From: Octopus sinensis
Lineage: Eukaryota
NCBI RefSeq assembly: GCF_006345805.1
Contig: NC_043006.1
Coordinates: forward strand, 24,056,001-24,120,000
Length of the DNA stretch: 64,000 nucleotides
Direction of reading: 5' to 3'
Part shown: piece after piece, positions 56,294 through 64,000 of the stretch
Layout of the letters: each line of letters starts with the position of its first letter
Position numbering within the stretch: position 1 is the stretch's first letter
The notes under the pieces: model-generated
Told to the model about the DNA's origin: nothing
Database searches by the model: none
Seen by the model: only the letters and a program-made list of their open reading frames with translations
Translations under genes and position numbers: made by a program

Positions 56294-57618
56294 TCTATAA
56301 TATAAATTGGACATGGGCGATCGTTGTATTCTTTCTTGTCTTGAGGTTCACAGCCAAACGGCTGGGTGGATTCGAATGAAAAATGGCACACATGTGGAGA
56401 CGGGTGCATAGATTGGAATGCGGTTATATTTTTCCTAGCCCCCATAGTTACCGAGAAAATCGATTAAAACTTTTTCTAATGGAATTTCCCCGCCATTAAA
56501 ACAACCAGTTGCTCATACAGCCGGCATACACCATTTCGCTAGCTACAAGAGGTGTACAGGATGACAGTCAGCCAAAGCCATTCATACATACACATATACA
56601 TACATAACCTCTCTCTCCTTTTCTCTGTCAGTCACTCACACATTCACTCACTACAAAAAGTGAATAACAAAATTTCAGTTAACTCTCTCTCGGCCATACA
56701 TAGTTACATAGATACATACATACATACATACATACATACATACATACATACATACATACATACATACATACATACATACATACATAACAACCTGCCTGCA
56801 TGTGTGTGTGTCACTGAAGCCATTCATATATACATACATTCATACATACATATATACATACATACATAACCTCTCTCTCGCTTTTCTCTGTCAATCACTC
56901 ACACATTCACTCACTACAACAAATGAATAAAAAATTTCAGTTATCTCTCTCTCTCACACACACATACACACACATCAGCAACATTACTCTCTCTGTCTCT
57001 TCACACACATTAACAAAAGCAATTCACATACACACTGCACATTCTGTATCGCACACCCCTTCAAACACACTCACACTCTCTCTCTCACACACACACACAC
57101 ACACGCACATCAATTCTTCCGCTTCACGCCAACTTCAAAAGAACTTCACTCATACAATCGCGCTCTCTCTGTCTCTTTCGCTTTCATGCTGACTTCAAAA
57201 GATCCCCTTTCCACCCAACTCCATATTAAAAAAATAATAATTTTTATATTATTATAATAATTTTTAAATAATAATCATCTTCAAAAATGTAAATAAACAC
57301 ACGTGGTTTATAAGTGGTTTGTAAGTCGTGTGTTCCCATATCGAAAGATTGCCCAATGTTTTAATGATTAGACAGAGGTCTAATAGACTAGCTCTCAGGA
57401 TCAGACTACTTACAAAATCGTTCTTCACAACTCCTGAAGCTGTTTTCTGACAAGGAGGTGGTGGGGTCAGGAAATTTTCATACAACTTGGAGGGTCCAAT
57501 CGGAACAGGGGACCCGAAATGATAAGGTTGAGAAATGCTGTTATAGGTTATGCCTAACTGAAAGCGATCACAGCCATATCATCCAAATAGACCGGGTGAA
57601 ACCGGACTTAGCTGCTAG
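56294..57618 (+). mobile_element. Non-autonomous Helitron-like element with internal (CATA)n arrays
   Basis: Starts TCTATAATATAAAA directly after the previous CTAG; ends CCGG-GTGAAA-CCGG...GCTAG^T. Internal direct duplication 56579-56690 / 56819-56955. Confidence 0.6.
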
Positions 57619-57656
57619 TATATATATATACATACATACGTACATACATACATACA

Positions 57657-57750
<94 letters not shown>

Positions 57751-58192
57751 CATACGTACATACATACATATATAATAAATATATATATATATATACAAAA
57801 TAGGACAAGAACGCCGCAAAACATACTGACAGTTAGGTGTCACAAAAAAGGGACAACAAAACATCCAGATAGACGATACAAAAAAAAACAAGGACGGGTC
57901 ATTCGGAGTTTTCTTTCCTCAGTCGAGTTCCAGATTATCTTTGCAATTTCGGCTGGTTATACTCGTGATTGCTCCAATCTGGCCAGCCCCAAAGAAACAC
58001 TAAGCTAAGAGCATTAGATTCCTTGGAAGAAAGCAGCGAATGTATATGAAAACAAGGACGGGAAAAAACGGAGAAGGTTACACAAATACAAATAACAGGA
58101 CATAACAACAGGTGTCTTTCGACTAAAGACGAATTAAATTAAGCTGACGTGTATGGAAAAAATAACAACTTTATGCTGGTATGGGTTGGATG

Positions 58193-58262
<70 letters not shown>

Positions 58263-58569
58263 GTGTGTGTAATGGACCCGGAAGTTTGCAAACAGCAGCA
58301 GCAATTTTCTTCAGTTGAATATAACGTCGTTGCTTGGTTAAAATTACCCAAATACAACTTTAACATGAAATAACTTCTAAAATACAAAATTTTGTCAAAA
58401 GCGTTAAGTGTAAACCTTGATCTATGTGACACATTCTACCAGTATCCCATGTTTCAAAGTGTTTCATTAAAAAAATAATCAAAAAATCTGGCCGCCAAAT
58501 TGACTGGATCCTCCCCCTTTTCTCTCTTCTTTATACTTCTTTCTATAACTTTCTCTCTCTATTTGCTTT

Positions 58570-58948
58570 CTCTCTTTTACTCTTTTACTTGTTTCAGTCA
58601 TTTGACTGCGGCCATGCTGGAGCACCGCCTTTAGTCGAGCAAATCGACCCCGGGACTTATTCTTTGTAAGCCCAGTACTTATTCTATCGGTCTCTTTTTG
58701 CCGAACCGCTAAGTGCCGGGAACGTAAACACACCAGCATCGGTTGTCAAGCAATGCTAGGGGGACAAACACACACACACACACACGCATATATATATATA
58801 TATATATGCGTGTGTGTGTCTGTGTTTGTCCCCCTAGCATTGCTTGACAACCGATGCCTTGCGAGTGGATTTGGTAGACAGAAACTGAAAGAAGCCTGTC
58901 GTATATATGTATATATACGACAGGCTTCTTTCAGTTTCCGCCTACCAA

Positions 58949-58995
<47 letters not shown>

Positions 58996-59019
58996 TATAA
59001 GAAGCCTATCATATATATG

Positions 59020-59093
<74 letters not shown>

Positions 59094-59433
59094 ATTATAT
59101 ATATATATATAAACAAATTCAAAATGCGATAAAATAAAATTAATTATTTTCGCTGGTGTTTCTAGCACCGGCCATATATTTTTCATATATAAGTAGATTA
59201 AAGGCGAAGTATGTACTAGAAACACAGAAGCTTGATAAATTTAGTGAAATGAAGATAAAAACTTTTACTAACTCTACAACAGGCTTCTTTCAGTTTCCGT
59301 CTACCAAATCCACTCACAAGGCATTGGTCGGCCCGGGGCTATAGCAGAAGACACTCGCCCAAGATGCCACGCAGTGGGACTGAACCTGGAACCATGTGGT
59401 TGGTTAGCAAGCTACTTACCACACAGCCACTCC
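58570..59433 (-). mobile_element. SINE family 1 copy split by microsatellite and intervening DNA (58570-58950 and 59279-59433)
   Basis: Tail and body at left, head at right, with the gcttctttcagtttccg junction duplicated. Confidence 0.75.
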
Positions 59434-59669
59434 TAAGCTATTTGCTTTCTGTTACCTTTCTATTTTTCTTTCAAACACTTGTTTTTATCTCGGTCATGTT
59501 ATCTTACTACCTTCTACTAAGATGTATTGAAAAGAGGTTAACAGTAAGAGACGTGAGAGTGAAGGAGAGAGAGAGAGATAGAAATTATGGAGAAATTTAT
59601 ATTTCTCTTCGTTTCTTCCTACAGCTTAATTCCCCTTCGTTTCCACCTCTCTGTATCTACCTATCTCTC

Positions 59670-60140
<471 letters not shown>

Positions 60141-62757
60141 TATATTTATTTATTTATAAATGCATACTTTTTAATCTTACATTTATGTCTATTTCTCTCC
60201 TTTACCATTAACTGTTTTACTTTCAGTTTTTTTCTTTCTCCATATCAGTATTTTTTCACTCTAAACTCCTCCCTTATTTCCCGGACAGAAATAATGACGA
60301 CATTTTTAGACATGTATATACACATTGATTTTAATTTCCTGTTAGCGAAGTACAGAATAATAAACACATTGATATCGCTATATGATACACATAATCACTC
60401 ACTATTTCATCTAAGAGCCGATGTGCACAACATACTTTTTTATTCTTATTCTATCATATGAAGATAAAGGCGGTGTATATACTTTAAACACGCACACACT
60501 CGCACGCGTGTGTATAACGACCGTATTTTAGCAACATTTAGTAGAGAAGACATGTAGTTCTTGAGTCGAAAGGTCATCGCGTATAAAGATCAATGTGTAT
60601 CGATGCATCGTATAATTGCTTAAAGAAAAACAATATTATTTGCTTAGTAAGATGGCCATTTATTTATATGATTACTATATTAGTCGTTACAATATAAAAA
60701 ATACAACTTTCTTCGATTGCAGTACACAAGTTATTTGTTGATCTCGAATCCATTGTGTTGATAGTTAACTCATTTGTTTGTGGCTACTAGAGAGAGATAG
60801 GATAAGGGATTCAAGGCAGATAGAAACAGTAAGGGTTGTATTGTCCCTCGACTAAAGGTGTCGCTTCTTTATCGGCACCGGACGGAGAGAAGAAAGGTGT
60901 TTTCTGATCAGAAGCAGGAGACAAAGAAAAAAAATCTTATATACTGTTGCGTTTTTATATTCTTCGTAACTAAAGTAGGTCAAGCTAAAAAAAATAAATA
61001 AAGGATACTCTATATCCGTTCTGATCAATCAATAACTCGGAAAGGTCTAAGAAGTCTGTTCATTCTCATAAATCTCTCAGTGCCAAAGACGAAGACAATA
61101 AGTTGATGACTTGTAGGAAAATGTACATTCAGTTTCGGATCATGGTTTAGACACTTTGTAGTTGTTCTCTTCAGATAATTTGTTGATAACTGGGAAAATG
61201 GCAGGAATGTGCACTATACGAAAAATTGAAGAACGTTCAAAATTGTGATTGCAAAGTGTGAAGTTACAGATGGATGTGATGCAAGGGACATTCAGCTGTG
61301 GACTTTGAACGAAAGGAGTTGAGATAAGAGAGTGCATTGTCAATTCATATAATCTGGAGAATTTCAGACAAATATGCGCAAGCTTTGCAAGTGCCTTAAA
61401 TGAAGCGCGGACGCCTGGTGTGCTTGGTATAGTGGTCGTGTACATTTGCTGTGGATAAGCAAGAACACAAAGTGCAAAGAACTTGTTGGAGCCCTGAGAC
61501 AGGTAATTTTATATATATATATATACTGTGACCATCCTGTGGTCTTACAGAGATAAGTTCTATCTGGAAGCAAGGGCGCAGAAAACATAAGCATTCCAGA
61601 ATTCCAAAATATATCTGACTTGCACCGAGTCAAGAAAAGAACTGAGTAAGCACAGGCATGGAAAACAAGTCAATGAGAGCACAAATACTACGGTGCATAT
61701 GTGTTGCTGGGTGTTAGCATACATGCAAGTATGTGTGATCGTTGAATGTTTTTTAATATCAAATAGTGCAGAAAAACTGCAAACATTTAAAAGAAAATAT
61801 GTAACGAAAAACATGCAACGAGAACCGTGAATAATACGAGCGCATGAAAAACTGAGTAAACGGCCAATGAGGAAAATCTTATATTATAAAAGAGACGCAA
61901 ATCTCCGTCTGTCCGTCTGACACATCTATTGGAGGGAGAGAAAGATGGGGAGGGATCAAAATATACATCAATGTAATTTTAGAAGAGGGTGAGAAAGTTC
62001 TTGGAAAGAGAAATACAGTGTCAAAGACAGAGAGAGGGTGTGTACGAAAGATAGATAGATAGGTAGTGTTGCCACCATAGTGGCTAACAAGATTTGATTA
62101 AAAACGCGGGAACTTTAAGTGCAAGTCTGTCAACACGGCTTTAAAAAAAGACTTTCATTAAATAACAATATAGATAATTACATTTTTGGTTGTTCATGTG
62201 TGCGCGCGTCTATGTTTTTCTGTATGGCTTTCAATATAGAGAAAATGCAACACAGCTTTAAAAAAACTTTCACTACATAAAATATGGATAGTTATTTTTG
62301 TTCTTTGTGTATGCGTGTGTGTGTTTATGTATGTTTTTCAACATAGAAACACTGCAACTGATGCTTTAAGAAAAAACTTCCATTATAAAGACACGTTGTA
62401 GTTGAAAGAGAAATGCAGTATCTGAGAGAGAGAAAGAGTGTGTGTGTGCGTGAAAGAAGTAAAATTTGTTTCAAGAAAAAATAGGTTGTTGTTTAGAGAG
62501 AAATATAGTGAGAGAGAGAGAGTGTGTGTGTGTGTGTGTGTGTGTGCGTGCGTGCGTGTTTGTGTGTGTGAAAGATAAAGAACTAGATAAGCTGTTATCA
62601 TCATAGTAATTAATGTGACTTTCACTATATAACAGTCTACTATTAAAAGAAGGTACGTGTATGATTAATAAATATTTTTACTACCAGCGTAGCGACGGAT
62701 AAAGGCCTAGCACATTATAAAAAATATGAATGCACATGAATTAGGAGTGTTCACGGC

Positions 62758-62832
62758 ATTAGTCTCCTTGGAATTAGCCTTCACTGCATTAGTCTTCGTG
62801 GAATTAGTCTTAGCAAAATTAGTCTTCATGGA
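62758..62832. repeat. Five-copy 15-bp minisatellite (ATTAGTCTTCNTGGA-like)
   Basis: Units: attagtctccttgga, attagccttcactgc, attagtcttcgtgga, attagtcttagcaaa, attagtcttcatgga. Confidence 0.85.
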
Positions 62833-63839
62833 AGTTTGAACAAAATTGTGTGGCGGGTTTTTGAACATGTAAACAAATAGTTTGCAGAACAGAAAACATA
62901 ACTGTATGAAATGAAATGTAAACAAAAGAATGGCAAATTTGGATGGAAGCAACTATCCTTTGCTAAACATCGGTACTGAAATGCAAGAGAAAAATAGATG
63001 TATGCTAAGTTCCCAAGTTTATATGCACAATTGTCTATGAGAATTGTGGAAAAACGAAGAAAGTTTTTTTTATTCACTTCACGACACGAGCGAAAAGTGC
63101 GTGACTGTCGAAAATGTTGCGCTTGCAGACTTCCATAGTTTCCTCCATATCATTCTGTGTGATCGCCTGATGAAAATGTTATACTTGTGGTCTTCCATGG
63201 TTTCGTCTATATTGTTTTATGTGGACAGCAGTTATTTCCTTGTATGTGCAGCTACAGATGCACTTCGAATTGTTGGTCCTGTGAAAAGTTGCTGAAATGT
63301 AATCTGGTTATTTTGTGCATCGTAGTTGGTTGCATTGTTTTTCTTTGTAGGTCGAAGTATGTTGACGCCAGTTGAAAGTGGGACTACGGAATTTCGATAC
63401 AAGACTGAATTTCGTTATCTTACTGGTTCACGGACCGTATCTTGGTAAAGTCTGCATTTCGAATCGAAAAGAGTGAATGTAACATAGAAAATTTACTGTT
63501 ACATATAGTTCAAACTTTGGCTTGGTGTAGTTCGATCCTCTTTAATTGGGGGAGTGTGGGTAGCAAAATGAAGTGTTTTTATTGCATTTTTGACTTTGAG
63601 ACAAAATATATTTTTTTACAAAAACTATATCATCTTAGTAAATTGCTTTCCCTAAATGCATTAAAAGCATTATAACATAATATGATCACTATTTCAGGAA
63701 ATTATCGCTATTCCCTTTGAGTATATGAAAGAGAAATTTGGCCAAGGCAAAATGAGTAAGCCAAGATAACAGGTTCATACACATCAATGTTCATCCTAGG
63801 TCAAATGAAAGAGGATCAGGGGGAAATGGCACTTAGACA

Positions 63840-63985
63840 TCACTCATTTTACTCCATTTTCGACATCATTTTTTGTAACTTGAAAATTACCATACTAGAC
63901 ATTAGTGTGGAAAAAATTTGACTTGGAATCCAACAGAGAAAAAGATTTAGATTATTAAACACCAAAAATTATCCACATATTTTAT
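63840..63985. repeat. Dispersed repeat shared with 11850-11995 (probable DNA-transposon end)
   Basis: actcatttta(c/ctc)ccatttt(a/c)gacatc...tagacattagtgtgg(g/a)aaaaa occurs at both loci. Confidence 0.65.
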
Positions 63986-64000
63986 TAGCCGCCTCAATTA

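Larger units (their letters stand above)
53310..58505. repeat. Nested inverted repeats: outer 53310-53535 / 58270-58505, inner 53640-53960 / 54298-54615
   Basis: Reverse-complement matches read by eye at roughly 80% identity. Confidence 0.7.

Noticed and set aside
57935-57995. GGCTGG...CCAGCC-GAAA on the - strand as another hammerhead
   Set aside because: There is no CUGANGA-like core 5' of the stem and no NUH or stem I match.
61140-61493. Minus-strand open frame of about 117 codons as a coding exon
   Set aside because: There is no recognisable domain, the phase is incompatible with the adjacent candidate exon, and a few ORFs of this length are expected by chance in 64 kb.
62884-62952. Signal-peptide-like N-terminus MLPSKFAILLFTFHFIQLCF
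   Set aside because: The start is TTG immediately after an in-frame TAG, so there is no ATG-initiated signal peptide.
63130-63230. CTGATGA at 63167 and a degenerate 62-nt duplication (ETMEDHKYNIF / ETMEVCKRNIF on the - strand)
   Set aside because: No stem II or GAAA follows the CUGAUGA, and the duplication period is not a multiple of three, so neither a ribozyme nor a coding repeat is supported.

Overview
This is eukaryotic, AT-rich, microsatellite-rich genomic DNA. The SINE, RTE and Penelope repeat landscape suggests a coleoid cephalopod, probably Octopus (inference; no search was run). I can reconstruct one intact protein-coding gene: PLAA (phospholipase A2-activating protein, Doa1/Ufd3 orthologue; WD40-PFU-PUL). 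It lies on the + strand in 12 coding exons from 9832 to 43825. All introns are GT-AG with compatible phases, giving a 2244-nt CDS and 747 aa; five of the exons (1, 3, 9, 10, 11) are missing from the ORF track. Nearly everything else is transposon debris: two Ty3/Gypsy remnants, RTE and other LINE fragments, three tRNA-derived SINE families, a piggyBac deletion derivative and a piggyBac MITE, hAT (Buster/Charlie-like) and MULE transposase pseudogenes, non-autonomous Helitron-like elements, a Penelope-like GIY-YIG fragment and several long inverted repeats. The most notable signal is a set of type I hammerhead-ribozyme-like motifs from several unrelated repeat families, most with a palindromic stem III. 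One is a perfect back-to-back pair at 46815-46933 carrying a compensatory G3:C8 core swap. Another family couples a tRNA-like Pol III head to a hammerhead (10445-10740 and 42165-42521). There is no CRISPR array, no rRNA and no convincing tRNA gene. Most boundaries of degenerate repeats are approximate.
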